Shown here: in pieces, positions 9,685-19,361 of the stretch
How the letters are laid out: each line of letters starts with the position of its first letter
Numbering within the stretch: position 1 is the first letter of the stretch
From: an uncultured Prevotella sp.
GTDB taxonomy: Bacteria; Bacteroidota; Bacteroidia; Bacteroidales; Bacteroidaceae
Direction: 5' to 3'
Length of the DNA: 64,000 nt
NCBI GenBank assembly: GCA_946186115.1
Contig: CAMHLV010000006.1
Coordinates: forward strand, 13,950-77,949
The notes under the pieces: generated by a model
What the model was told of the DNA's origin: nothing
What the model saw: only the letters and a program-made list of their open reading frames with translations
Databases searched by the model: none
Translations under genes and position numbers: made by a program

Positions 9685-12184
9685 CTAATGTTATTTTTGT
9701 AGCGTGACAGTTTTCACCCTGTAGAATCCAACAATAGCCCCAGTCATTGAGTGTCGTCAGCTGAGTTGCAATCGTCGCCGTTACCGGAATCTCGATGGCA
9801 CCATTATGAGCAGACAAATCATAGATGTTCGGGTTGACATTGTTGCCGTTGTTCAGACCAGTGGCAACACCAATCTCGCTCTGGGCGCCCCAGTGTCCGT
9901 CGAAGAACTGCACCTGCCACCAGTCGCTCGTCGGGGTGATGTAGAGGCGGAGTGTCTGTCCAACCTTCAGACCGAGGTCGACAAACATATTAGGATTTGA
10001 GAGTCCTGCCGTTCCGTCACCAATCTGCCAATTGATGCTCCATGCTCCGAAGTCGATGTCACCCGTCCAAAGCGTCTGTTCGAGTACGGTGTAGTGTGTC
10101 ACCGTAATCTTGTTGACCACCAGGTTTTCACCTTGGAGAATCCAGCAGTATCCCCAGTCGCATAGCGTCGTCAGCTGTTGCTTCAGCGTTGCCGTGACGG
10201 GAATCTCGATGCATCCGCCATGTTCCTCAAGGTTATAGATGCCTGCGTTGATGTTGTATCCGTTGTTCAGACCTGTGGCGACGCCAATCTCGTCCTGCTT
10301 GCCCCAGTGTCCGTCGAAGAACTGAATCTGCCACCAGTCGTTGTATGGTGTGACATAGACGCGGATGAGGTCACCTTCCTGCAGATCCATGTCAACGAAC
10401 ATCTTTGGATTAGAGGCTCCGGCCGTTCCGTCGCCGATCTGCCAGTTGATGGACCAGTTGCCCATGTCGATAGCTCCTGACCACAATACGGTCGTTACCT
10501 CGCTGTTGGGGATGAAGTCGATGGTGTAGGTAATCTCGCCATTCGAAGAAATCAGGCGAACCTTGGATGCCTTCTTGGCACTTTCAGGAATACCGATGAT
10601 GAGTTCAGTATTGTTCTTGACGAGTACGAACTGGCAATCGTTGCCGTCAATCTGTACGCCTGTCAGCTTGTCACCGTTGGCTACGGGCAGCGTCAGCGAC
10701 TCACCGGCCTTGATTTCATCTTCCTCGCCGGGCAGGGCAGTAGCGTAGCAGAATACGGCCTCCTCGATGTTGATAGCAGGAACGTTGGCTACCGTGGTGC
10801 CGTTAGCCAGCGTCAGCGTGGGAACACCCGACTGGGCGTTCATCGGCACGGTGAGGGTAATGGCATCGGCAGCACCTTCCACTTTAACGACATCCGACTC
10901 GCCGAACTGGACGGTCTTGACCAGGTCAAGGTCAGTACCCTTGATGGTCAGGGCGCCACCGGCACTGACTGATGCATGGTCGTAGCCGCTGACGGTGGGC
11001 TTCACCAGCGTGAAGGGCACTTCGACGCTCATGCCGTTGGCCATCATCAGGAGCATATTGCCATCGACAGCATTGTCGGGCACGGACTTGACAACCACCT
11101 GGTCGGCTGTAACCTCGATTTCTCCAGCGTTAGCGGTAGCACCTTCTACGTTCGTGGGGAATTCCACTGAGCTTACGATGTTCATGTCTTTACCCTTGAT
11201 GGTGAGCTTCTGACCGGCCTTCACGGGATTCGGAGCAGCGACGCACTCAGAGGGCTTTACGGTGGTCAGTGTACCTATGGGCACCTCTACGCCCGACTTG
11301 CAAACCAACAGGATGTCGCCATCAGGAGCTTCCAATGGTAACATGCATGAAATGCCCTTGCCTTCGACATATTGCATATAAATAGCGCTGACACCGCCGA
11401 TGGTGACATCTTCAACGATATTGAGATAGGAACCATAGATGAGGATGGTCTCACCAGCCTTACAAAGGATGTTACCCATTGGTTCAGCGGTGTTACGGGC
11501 CTTCATCTGAGTGACTGTCGGCAGTCCGATTTCGAGAGCTTCATCAGACACGATAATCTGGTACTCCAGGTTATCCTCCTCTTCCTTGGTGCGCTGGATG
11601 GTCAGGTCTGCCGTGTAGAGCGTCAGCTTACCCGTCTTAGCCTTATCAGGCACGCGAACCTCTATGAAATAGCGGTCCTGTGCCACGAAGTCGTTGCTTG
11701 ACACCAGTACGTCGTCGGCGAAAGCCAGCGAATAGATCAGGTTCAGGTAGTCACCTTCAATCTTTATGACGTCGCCAGGCATGGCTGCTGCGGGCGTGAA
11801 ACCTGTGATTTCGATGCCCTCAATGTAGGTCAGTTCCTTCTGTGTCGTGATGGTCTGGTCGTCCTTAGTCTTCATCGTGATGATGCCTACTTCCGGGCCG
11901 TCCTTGGGAACGGTGACGCGAATCTCGCTGGGAATACCAGACTTAACACTTTCATAGTTTGTGATGGGGGCCACACCAGGAATCTGGATGCTTGCAACCT
12001 GGTCGAGGTTGCTTCCCACAAAGCGCAGTGTTCCACCACGCATGACGGGGTTCGGACCGAATGCATTGAGGCTGATACCGCCCTTGTACTGGTTGGTATC
12101 CAGGTCGTCCTCGCTGCACGCTGTCAGGGTAAGCCCTACGAGGGCTACCACTAACAGGGTGAATATATTCTTGATACTTTTCAT
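9680..12184 (-). CDS. Surface glycan-binding lipoprotein with IPT/TIG repeats and two tandem Trp-rich C-terminal modules
   Basis: Lipobox LTAC+SEDD; repeated Ig-like units (G..L.I.G..L..V); duplicated WSINWQIGDGTAG...WWQ(I/V)QFFDGHWG module. Confidence 0.8.
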   Translation of the reverse strand: MKSIKNIFTLLVVALVGLTLTACSEDDLDTNQYKGGISLNAFGPNPVMRGGTLRFVGSNLDQVASIQIPGVAPITNYESVKSGIPSEIRVTVPKDGPEVGIITMKTKDDQTITTQKELTYIEGIEITGFTPAAAMPGDVIKIEGDYLNLIYSLAFADDVLVSSNDFVAQDRYFIEVRVPDKAKTGKLTLYTADLTIQRTKEEEDNLEYQIIVSDEALEIGLPTVTQMKARNTAEPMGNILCKAGETILIYGSYLNIVEDVTIGGVSAIYMQYVEGKGISCMLPLEAPDGDILLVCKSGVEVPIGTLTTVKPSECVAAPNPVKAGQKLTIKGKDMNIVSSVEFPTNVEGATANAGEIEVTADQVVVKSVPDNAVDGNMLLMMANGMSVEVPFTLVKPTVSGYDHASVSAGGALTIKGTDLDLVKTVQFGESDVVKVEGAADAITLTVPMNAQSGVPTLTLANGTTVANVPAINIEEAVFCYATALPGEEDEIKAGESLTLPVANGDKLTGVQIDGNDCQFVLVKNNTELIIGIPESAKKASKVRLISSNGEITYTIDFIPNSEVTTVLWSGAIDMGNWSINWQIGDGTAGASNPKMFVDMDLQEGDLIRVYVTPYNDWWQIQFFDGHWGKQDEIGVATGLNNGYNINAGIYNLEEHGGCIEIPVTATLKQQLTTLCDWGYCWILQGENLVVNKITVTHYTVLEQTLWTGDIDFGAWSINWQIGDGTAGLSNPNMFVDLGLKVGQTLRLYITPTSDWWQVQFFDGHWGAQSEIGVATGLNNGNNVNPNIYDLSAHNGAIEIPVTATIATQLTTLNDWGYCWILQGENCHATKITLE

Positions 12185-12194
12185 ATTATTCTTC

Positions 12195-12236
12195 GTTTTC
12201 GTTTTAGTTATCGTTAACGTTATCTTTATCGTTACT
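12195..12236. repeat. Intergenic GTTWWC hexamer array (7 units)
   Basis: GTTTTC GTTTTA GTTATC GTTAAC GTTATC TTTATC GTTACT. Confidence 0.85.
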
Positions 12237-13665
12237 TTTTAGGAACAACGCGGATGTTGTCAATGCGTAGTAGGGGAGTACACTCTTTGCCTGTGCCACC
12301 TCCCAAGAGGAACATGGTCAGACTGGCAAAGTCCTTTTCCGTCTTAGGAGCTGCCGAGGCCGGCTTGCCATCCTTGTCAAGTGTCAGGTCGGTCAGCGGC
12401 ACCGTGACGGTGATCCACTTACCGTCAGTATGGTACTCGCCAGCGGTCATCCAAGGACGATAGAAAGCACGTCCCCAGTCACCAGTCTGCCAGGCGATAC
12501 TCTTGTCGCCCTCGCCGTTGAAGATGTACTGGTTGGCACCACCTACTTCTTTATATCCGGCAACGGCATAACCAGACAGCGTTACCTGCTCGATAGGCTG
12601 GAAGGCTATCTGCATAGCACCAGAAGCCCAGGCATTGTTGGACGGGATGTTCATTTCGAACTTCAGTGCCAGGTTCTCCCACTTCGAGAAGTCGGCCTGC
12701 TTGAAGAGCGCTTTACCCGGAGCGTCCGTGATGTTCTGAGGCGTATCCCAGCTACCGCACCAGTAGTCGAAGCGGAAGGGAACGTCCAGCCAGCCACCTT
12801 TCTCATCCATAGTGGTGGAACCGTCACCGATGGTGATATAGTGGCGGCAGCCTGTGAGTGAGAACTCGTCCTCAATCGGGTCGCGAACCTTCCAACCCTG
12901 CGAGAACAGGCCTGTACCGCCATCGGCAATGGTCTCGAAGTCGAAGAGCATGCCACGATTGTCGAGGTAGTAGAAGGGCGACTGGGCTGTGCCATAGATA
13001 GAGGTCATCGTGATGGGACCCCTTTGGGCACCTTCGGGAATGGTCAGCGACACAGAGGTGAAGTCGTCTGAAATGTCGCTCTCATCAATGTCGACGGGAA
13101 TCAGCGAACCGTCAGCACCCGTAAACCATGCCTGCAGTGGGAAGTTCGGGTCGTAGACGAAATAGTTACCAGTAAAGGTCACCTTGTCGCCAATGCTGGC
13201 ATATTCGCACGTCATAGCCTTGATGTCAGGAGCGGGGATGACCACCTTGAAGTCGACCGTCACCGTATCCTTCGACTGCGTGACCAGGTAAATCTTATCA
13301 GTTACGTTCTTGGGTACTGACTTGGGGACATCGACCAGCAGGGCGTTGTCGGTGATGTAACTTGTGTTGAGAATGGCCTTCTTGTCGTTGAACCATATCT
13401 CGTAGACACTCCTCAGATTGGAACCGATGAGTGCCAGCGTAGATTGCGGTGAAGCCTGCTCTACCAGTTCGCCGTTGGTGTAATGGGTGTCAGCAGCATC
13501 GTTGTTGCCTTTGATTTCGGTGGATAGACAGCGGATATAGTTCACTGTCGGCAGGCCATCGGCTATCTCATACTTGTCGGGCTCGTCCTTGCATGATGTG
13601 AGCATCAGGCCGGAGGTGGCGGCAAGCATCAGCGCCAGGCACTTGTAATATCTTGTTATTTTCAT
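12232..13665 (-). CDS. SGBP-B-like surface glycan-binding lipoprotein
   Basis: Lipobox LTSC+KDE; Ig-like N-terminal domains; C-terminal LKFEM..W.SG, WITVTVPL, IDNIRVVP; directly downstream of SusD. Confidence 0.8.
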   Translation of the reverse strand: MKITRYYKCLALMLAATSGLMLTSCKDEPDKYEIADGLPTVNYIRCLSTEIKGNNDAADTHYTNGELVEQASPQSTLALIGSNLRSVYEIWFNDKKAILNTSYITDNALLVDVPKSVPKNVTDKIYLVTQSKDTVTVDFKVVIPAPDIKAMTCEYASIGDKVTFTGNYFVYDPNFPLQAWFTGADGSLIPVDIDESDISDDFTSVSLTIPEGAQRGPITMTSIYGTAQSPFYYLDNRGMLFDFETIADGGTGLFSQGWKVRDPIEDEFSLTGCRHYITIGDGSTTMDEKGGWLDVPFRFDYWCGSWDTPQNITDAPGKALFKQADFSKWENLALKFEMNIPSNNAWASGAMQIAFQPIEQVTLSGYAVAGYKEVGGANQYIFNGEGDKSIAWQTGDWGRAFYRPWMTAGEYHTDGKWITVTVPLTDLTLDKDGKPASAAPKTEKDFASLTMFLLGGGTGKECTPLLRIDNIRVVPKK

Positions 13666-13676
13666 ATTCTATCTTT

Positions 13677-13718
13677 GTTTTCGTTATCGTTTTCGTTATC
13701 GTTCCCGTTATCGTTAAT
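13677..13718. repeat. Intergenic GTTWWC hexamer array (7 units)
   Basis: GTTTTC GTTATC GTTTTC GTTATC GTTCCC GTTATC GTTAAT. Confidence 0.85.
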
Positions 13719-15486
13719 ATTTGTAAGTTTCACGAACGTCAACATGTACGCCGTCGACATCTGTTGCCAGATTCGGGTTCGACAGCACATCGTCGGCTGT
13801 GGGAGGAAGTAGGAAGTACATCTTGCCAGAGTCGGGATCCCTCTTCATGAGGTTTGTAACGTTGGGAGCAGGAACAGAGATGTTGTACATCATGCTGGAC
13901 GGATCGACGCTCCACGTTCCGTTGTCGTGGTACTCCTTGTAGAGAGCGTCGAGACCCCAGAACTGGTTGCGCTTCTGACCCTGCAGTTCTTTGATGCAGA
14001 AGTCGGGATCATAGTATGATGTACGTACGTAGTCGTACCAACGGTCGCCCTCCATGGCAAACTCCAGGCGGCGCTCCTTCCAGATGTCGTCCCAGGTAAT
14101 TTCGGTGGGTTTGGCATCAGGATGCTGCTGTCCACGGCTGCGTACGGCATAGAAAGCGTCGATGGCCGATGCGTCGGAGGTCTTTGAGCCACGTCCGCCG
14201 CAGATGGCTTCTGCATAGATCAGGTAAACATCGGAGAGACGCAGCAGGAAGGTGGGCACTGAGCTGGCCATACGTCCGTCAGAGCATCCTGCGCCCTGTT
14301 CGTGGTCATAGGTGTCGCCATAGATATGCTTGACAGTGTTCGAGCCGGTGGCCGATTCCAGCGAGCCCGTAGTGCTGTTCTCGTAGATGAACTTGATATA
14401 GTTGAATCCGTTGCCGTCGTGGGGCTTGTCCTGCCAGAACTGTTTGTATGTGAAGCCCGGCAGCATCATAGTGGCATGCAGACGAGGATACTCCTGCAGA
14501 CCTTTCCATACGTCGGGTGACTGCTCCAGCAGCTTCACGCCAAATGCCTCCTGCAGATCTACGGAGAATCCGTTCCAGCCTCCCCAGGTAGCTCCCCAGT
14601 CGTCGATGCCGCTGATGGCGAGGTCGCTCTGGTAGGAGTTCTGACGGGTCCAGTTGGTGCCGTCAGCCGTCCAGCGCCAGGCTATCAAGCCTTCCTCGGT
14701 GTAGCGGTTCTTGAGCAGGAAGATGTCCTCGAAGTTGGGCTCCAGCTTCTTGCCGGACTCCTCGATGACCTTCTTGGCATAATCTGCAGCCTTGGCAAGG
14801 TCGGCTTTGTTGACAGTGCCGCTCAGGCCTGACTTGGTGAGGTACACCTTAGCCAGCAGGCCAATGGCTGACCACTTATCCAGTCGTCCGGGCTGGGATG
14901 CTTTCTCAGGCAGCAACTCGGCAGCCTTCTCCAGTGTCATGATGATATACTCATAGACGTCGGCACGCTTGACCTTCTGCACGGTGCTGTACTCGCCCGC
15001 CTGCAGCATTTTGTTGTTGCTGTGTACGATGGGTACCTCACCGAAGGTGCGTACCAGGAAGAAATAGCCCATGGCCTTCCAGAGCAGGCACTCGCCCATG
15101 GCTGCTGACTTGAGGCTGAGGTCAACGCTGCTGCCGTCAAGGAGCTCATAGACGGTGTTGGCGTGTCCCACGGCTGCCCATAGCGAGGCAGACATGTTCA
15201 CAAGGTCTTCATCGGTGCCGTTTACCGTAAACTGCAGGTAAGGGCTGGAACCCCAGAAATAGTTTCCTGACAGTACCTCACCAATCTTGATGAAGCCACG
15301 CTGGAAATCATACCAAGGCGAGTTGTACAAATAGGTCGTTGCACCCAGACACTGAGCCTCGGTCTTATAGTAGTTATCGGTGGTATAGCTGTCCTCACTT
15401 GGCTTGTCAAGGAAGTCTTCGCAACTGGTGAAGACAAGTCCTGCGATGGCAAGGAATGTCAGCTTTTTGATATTATTGATTTTCAT
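13714..15486 (-). CDS. susD: SusD/RagB family lipoprotein
   Basis: FTSCEDFLD, LVRTFGEVP, LLAKVYL, LRLSDVYLIYAEA, ERRLEFAMEGDRWYD. Confidence 0.92.
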   Translation of the reverse strand: MKINNIKKLTFLAIAGLVFTSCEDFLDKPSEDSYTTDNYYKTEAQCLGATTYLYNSPWYDFQRGFIKIGEVLSGNYFWGSSPYLQFTVNGTDEDLVNMSASLWAAVGHANTVYELLDGSSVDLSLKSAAMGECLLWKAMGYFFLVRTFGEVPIVHSNNKMLQAGEYSTVQKVKRADVYEYIIMTLEKAAELLPEKASQPGRLDKWSAIGLLAKVYLTKSGLSGTVNKADLAKAADYAKKVIEESGKKLEPNFEDIFLLKNRYTEEGLIAWRWTADGTNWTRQNSYQSDLAISGIDDWGATWGGWNGFSVDLQEAFGVKLLEQSPDVWKGLQEYPRLHATMMLPGFTYKQFWQDKPHDGNGFNYIKFIYENSTTGSLESATGSNTVKHIYGDTYDHEQGAGCSDGRMASSVPTFLLRLSDVYLIYAEAICGGRGSKTSDASAIDAFYAVRSRGQQHPDAKPTEITWDDIWKERRLEFAMEGDRWYDYVRTSYYDPDFCIKELQGQKRNQFWGLDALYKEYHDNGTWSVDPSSMMYNISVPAPNVTNLMKRDPDSGKMYFLLPPTADDVLSNPNLATDVDGVHVDVRETYKY

Positions 15487-15496
15487 ATGATTCTTC

Positions 15497-15544
15497 GTTT
15501 TCGTTATCGTTTTCGTTATCGTTATCGTTAACGTTATCGTTAGA
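15497..15544. repeat. Intergenic GTTWWC hexamer array (8 units)
   Basis: GTTTTC GTTATC GTTTTC GTTATC GTTATC GTTAAC GTTATC GTTAGA. Confidence 0.85.
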
Positions 15545-18500
15545 ATGAGATGTTCAGTGCAAATGAGTAAGTCGTAGGCGAGGGATAGCGTCCGTTATCC
15601 AGACCGAATACGTTGGCACTTGTTGTGCTGGCACCGACTTCAGGATCATAGCCGCTGTAGTTGGTGATAGTCCAGAGGTTCTGGATGTTGCACGACAGAC
15701 GCAGGTTGTCAATGCCCAGTTTGTGGATCCACTTCTTGGGGAAGGTGTATCCAAGGGCAATGTTCTTCAGACGAACGTAGCTGCCGTCCTCAATATATCG
15801 GTCGCTCCAGCGGTCGTTGTCGTTCGGGTCGTTGATAGAGGCACGAGGCATGGAGGTGTTGGGATTGGCGACGCGAATGTTGGTGACGTCGTCGTACCAG
15901 TTGTAAATCAGCTGGCCGTCACCGCGGTCGATACCTGCACTGTAGTCCTTGTTGGGGTCGATGGGCTCCAGCACGGCACGGTCGTTGACATCCACCAGCT
16001 GGTTGGTCCACGACGAGTTCATGTGAGTGAGCTTCATCTTGTTGTAGTTACCGATCTTGCCGCCAACGGAACCGTTGATGAAGATGTTCAGGTCGAAATT
16101 CTTATAGGTAAAGGTGTTGTTGAATCCGAAAGTGTACTTCGGCAGCGGATTGCCGATCACGGTACGGTCGGCCTCGGTGATAACACCGTCGCCGTTCAGG
16201 TCCTTGTACTTGATGTCGCCTACCCATACGGTAGAACCCTTGGCGAATACGCCGTTCGTGGGGTAGGCTACCGGCTTCGGCGATGTCTCCAGGTCTTCCA
16301 GGTCTTTATAGACACCGTCGCAGACATAGCCGTAGAAGTTATAGAGCGATTCGCCCTCCTTGGTGTACGACACAACGTCCGTCCACTGTCCGTAACCGGT
16401 CAGTGCCACCGATGTCGTTCCGTCGCTCAGGCTGACGAGCTTATTTTTGTTGAACGAGATCTGGAAGTCGGCGTCCCATGTGAACGGGCCGACAATGGGG
16501 TGGGTGTTGAGGGCAATCTCGACACCCGTGTTACGGATGTGTCCGTAGTTACCCCACGGTGCTTTCAGTGACGAAGAGCCGTTACCCTGTGTACCCATGA
16601 TGGAGGGGAGGTTCAGCATCATCAGCATGTCCTTGGATTCCTTGACATAGAAATCGACGACGAGGTTGATGCGGTCGTGCAGGAAGCCGAGGTCAAGACC
16701 GACGTTCCATTGTTCCTGGCTCTCCCACTTGATGTCCTTGTTGGCAATCTGTGCCGGACGGTAGGTGATGCCGAGGTCTGACTCCATCTTGCTCAGGGGG
16801 ACGCCCCACTTGAATCCGCCGATGTTGGCATTACCGGTCTGTCCCCAGCCTAAGCGAAGCTTACCATTGCTGACGACCTTACCCAAGGCCTGCTCAAAGA
16901 ATTTCTCATTCGAGAAGCGCCATGATGCAGCAAAGGAGTGGAAGCCTGCCCAGCGGTTGTTGGGGCCGAAGTTCGAGCTACCGTCGTAACGGTAGGTGTA
17001 GGTGGCGTTATAGCGATTGTCGTAGCTGTAGGTCCAGCGGGTGAAGAACGATGCCATCGAACTGCTGCCGAAACCGTTGCTGAACGACTGCGTGCCCTGT
17101 CCCAGATTGGGGCTGTGTACCTCGTCGGAAGGCAGGTTGGTGTTCGAGATGGAGATGTAGTCATATTTCGACTCCCAGGCCTCCTGACCAATCATACCCG
17201 TCACGCTGTGCTTCTCGGCAAAGGTGTGCATCCATGTCAGGTAGTTCTTGATTTGCAGGAACTTACCGCTGTTCTTATTCCACGACGACGAGTTGGTGGT
17301 GCGCTTCCACGTGCCTAAGCTGATGGTGGGCTCGTAGGTCTCACCCTTGCTGGCATTAACGTCGAAACCTACTTCGGTGTGCCACGTCAGTCCCTGGAAC
17401 GGAGTGACGTCGAAGAAGATGTTGCCGTTCAGCTTCTGGCGGTTCAGCAGAATCTCGTCCGACATAGCCATGGCAATGGGGTTGGGATTGGTGTAACCCT
17501 CCTGGCTGATGCTGGAGTAGTCGCCGTCTATATTATAAATAGGTATAGAGGGAATGGTTGTCAGTGAATAGGTGATCAAACCCTCGTCGGAGTCAGCCAG
17601 CTTCAGGTTGTCGTTGCTGTTCGAGTAGGCGAGGTTGACACCCATCTTCAGCCAGCTCTTCAGCTCGGCATCGATGTTGGCGCGGAACGACAGACGGTCG
17701 AACTCCGAACCGATGATGGTACCCTCCTGATCCATGTAGGAACCTGAGACGTAGTACTTCACCTTGTCGGTACCGCCCTGAGCCGAGATCTGGTGGCTGT
17801 GCTGCCAGGCAGTCTGGAAGACGGCATCCTGCCAATTGGTACCCTTACCCAACAGGCTGGGGTCTGCCAGATAGGCGTTTTGGGTGGCTATCTCGCCCTG
17901 GTTGTACATTCCGTTGTAGAACTGGGCATACTCACGCAGGTTCATCATGTCGAGTCGCTTGGTCTGGCGACTGGCAGCCACCATGCCGTTGTACGAGAAC
18001 TTAGCCTCGCCGGCCTTACCGTGGCGGGTGGTGATGAGCACGACACCATTGGCACCCTGGGCACCATAGATGGCGGTGGCCGAGGCGTCCTTCAGGATTT
18101 CCATGGAGACGATGTCGGCAGGGTCAATAGTCGACAACGGTGAGATGGTTGATACCGAACCGTTACCCAGTGCGTCGCCCAGTCCGTAGGCGGCACCTGA
18201 CTCACCACGGTCGTTGCCTCTGACAATTACACCATCGATAACATACAGCGGTTCGGCATTGGCATTGATGGTAGCCGTACCACGTACGCGGATGGACGAT
18301 GCCGAACCCGGTGCACCAGAGGTCTGAACAGCCGATACACCTGCGGCGCGTCCCTGCAGCGACTGGTCGAGCGACGTGATGATGGAGCCCTTCAGGGCTT
18401 TCTCACCGATGGTTGACGACGCTCCCGAGATGTCGCTCTTCTTCATCGTACCATAGCCGACGACGACCACCTCATCAAGCATCTTCTTGTCTTCCTCCAG

Positions 18501-18830
18501 CGTAATTTGGTAGTGCGTCTGGTTAGTGACCTTGACTTCCTTGGTGATGTAGCCGATGTAGCTAATCACGAGCGTCTGCCCCTGCGAGGCATTCAGCGTG
18601 AAGTTTCCGTCAAAGTCCGTGGCAACACCTGTCGATGTTCCCTTGACAACAACACTTGCACCGATCACGGGCCCCATGGCGTCGTTGACGGTACCAGTAA
18701 TCTTCTTCGCCTGTTGTACAGCGGGCAGCGGTGAACTGCCCTCTACTGCATAGACAACGGGCGAGTGCCCCAGCAGGAATATAGCACATAATCCTGCCAG
18801 CAGAGAGTTTTTACTGCAATTTAGATTCAT
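15540..18830 (-). CDS. susC: SusC/RagA TonB-dependent transporter
   Basis: LDEVVVVGYGT, PLYVIDG, EILKDASATAIYGAQGANGVVLITT, YDGSSNFG, terminal F. Confidence 0.95.
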   Translation of the reverse strand: MNLNCSKNSLLAGLCAIFLLGHSPVVYAVEGSSPLPAVQQAKKITGTVNDAMGPVIGASVVVKGTSTGVATDFDGNFTLNASQGQTLVISYIGYITKEVKVTNQTHYQITLEEDKKMLDEVVVVGYGTMKKSDISGASSTIGEKALKGSIITSLDQSLQGRAAGVSAVQTSGAPGSASSIRVRGTATINANAEPLYVIDGVIVRGNDRGESGAAYGLGDALGNGSVSTISPLSTIDPADIVSMEILKDASATAIYGAQGANGVVLITTRHGKAGEAKFSYNGMVAASRQTKRLDMMNLREYAQFYNGMYNQGEIATQNAYLADPSLLGKGTNWQDAVFQTAWQHSHQISAQGGTDKVKYYVSGSYMDQEGTIIGSEFDRLSFRANIDAELKSWLKMGVNLAYSNSNDNLKLADSDEGLITYSLTTIPSIPIYNIDGDYSSISQEGYTNPNPIAMAMSDEILLNRQKLNGNIFFDVTPFQGLTWHTEVGFDVNASKGETYEPTISLGTWKRTTNSSSWNKNSGKFLQIKNYLTWMHTFAEKHSVTGMIGQEAWESKYDYISISNTNLPSDEVHSPNLGQGTQSFSNGFGSSSMASFFTRWTYSYDNRYNATYTYRYDGSSNFGPNNRWAGFHSFAASWRFSNEKFFEQALGKVVSNGKLRLGWGQTGNANIGGFKWGVPLSKMESDLGITYRPAQIANKDIKWESQEQWNVGLDLGFLHDRINLVVDFYVKESKDMLMMLNLPSIMGTQGNGSSSLKAPWGNYGHIRNTGVEIALNTHPIVGPFTWDADFQISFNKNKLVSLSDGTTSVALTGYGQWTDVVSYTKEGESLYNFYGYVCDGVYKDLEDLETSPKPVAYPTNGVFAKGSTVWVGDIKYKDLNGDGVITEADRTVIGNPLPKYTFGFNNTFTYKNFDLNIFINGSVGGKIGNYNKMKLTHMNSSWTNQLVDVNDRAVLEPIDPNKDYSAGIDRGDGQLIYNWYDDVTNIRVANPNTSMPRASINDPNDNDRWSDRYIEDGSYVRLKNIALGYTFPKKWIHKLGIDNLRLSCNIQNLWTITNYSGYDPEVGASTTSANVFGLDNGRYPSPTTYSFALNISF

Positions 18831-18887
18831 ACTTTGTTTGTTAGTTATTAGTATATAATTAAAAATGAGAAATCAAAGTTAGCTGTG

Positions 18888-18895
18888 CAAAAATA
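18888..18895 (-). promoter_or_regulatory. -7 promoter element (TATTTTTG) of the glycan PUL
   Basis: TAnnTTTG+CA 58 nt upstream of susC. Confidence 0.6.
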
Positions 18896-19165
18896 CAAAA
18901 TAATTAAAAAGTATCAAAAGGAATTTCCAGTTTTTTTTTGCAGAATAATCATATTTCATTAGAAAAAAGCGTAATTGTATCAGTGCATGTTAAATATTTT
19001 TGGTCGTAGCTCTCGCTTTTATGGGTTTTGTTGCCCTGTGGAAGATTGTTCAAAACAAGCAGTATTAATCGTGAAAACTGGCTCAAAAGGCTTGTTTTTA
19101 TTGGCTTTTGTACATAAAACAAAGTACATGTAACATTTGATAAAATAAAAAAGGTTGTAAAACAT

Positions 19166-19173
19166 TAATTTTG
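19166..19173 (+). promoter_or_regulatory. -7 promoter element (TAATTTTG) for the second susC
   Basis: TAnnTTTG+CA; implies a ~180 nt 5' UTR. Confidence 0.6.
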
Positions 19174-19252
19174 CAGCATGAAATTTATAACTAACTAAAA
19201 TTTAAAACTAATAATCAATTTTAACTATGAAATAGCGGAAGAAAAATCTCAT

Positions 19253-19285
19253 TCACCATTGCGGGCCTGGTGGGCTTGGCGTGGA
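19253..19285 (+). promoter_or_regulatory. Conserved GC-rich 5' leader element, copy 1
   Basis: 32/33 nt identical to 32085-32117, in otherwise AT-rich and diverged leaders. Confidence 0.65.
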
Positions 19286-19361
19286 AGGAACTTAGTATTT
19301 TTACTTGTTTCTACTAACTATAACTTTTGTATTTATCAATAATCATAGAAAAAACTAAAGT

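Noticed and set aside
9649-15544. Hexamer arrays as CRISPR repeats
   Set aside because: Units are 6 nt with no unique spacers, and no cas genes are present.
15723-16571. Long antisense ORFs (also 717-1313, 4182-4826, 33202-33831, 38539-39231, 47977-48645)
   Set aside because: These are shadow frames of well-supported genes with biased codon usage and have no recognisable motifs.
19227-19361. Stop-codon readthrough peptide (HHCGPxGLGVE) or TIAGLVGLAW peptide in both susC leaders
   Set aside because: Both uORF ATGs are in frame with susC, but several stops intervene. The alternative frame has no start codon, so nucleotide-level conservation explains the similarity.
18831-19361. Invertible promoter or susC shufflon between divergent susC genes
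   Set aside because: I found no clear flanking inverted repeats and no recombinase in the window; similarity among susC 5' ends reflects the conserved N-terminal domain.
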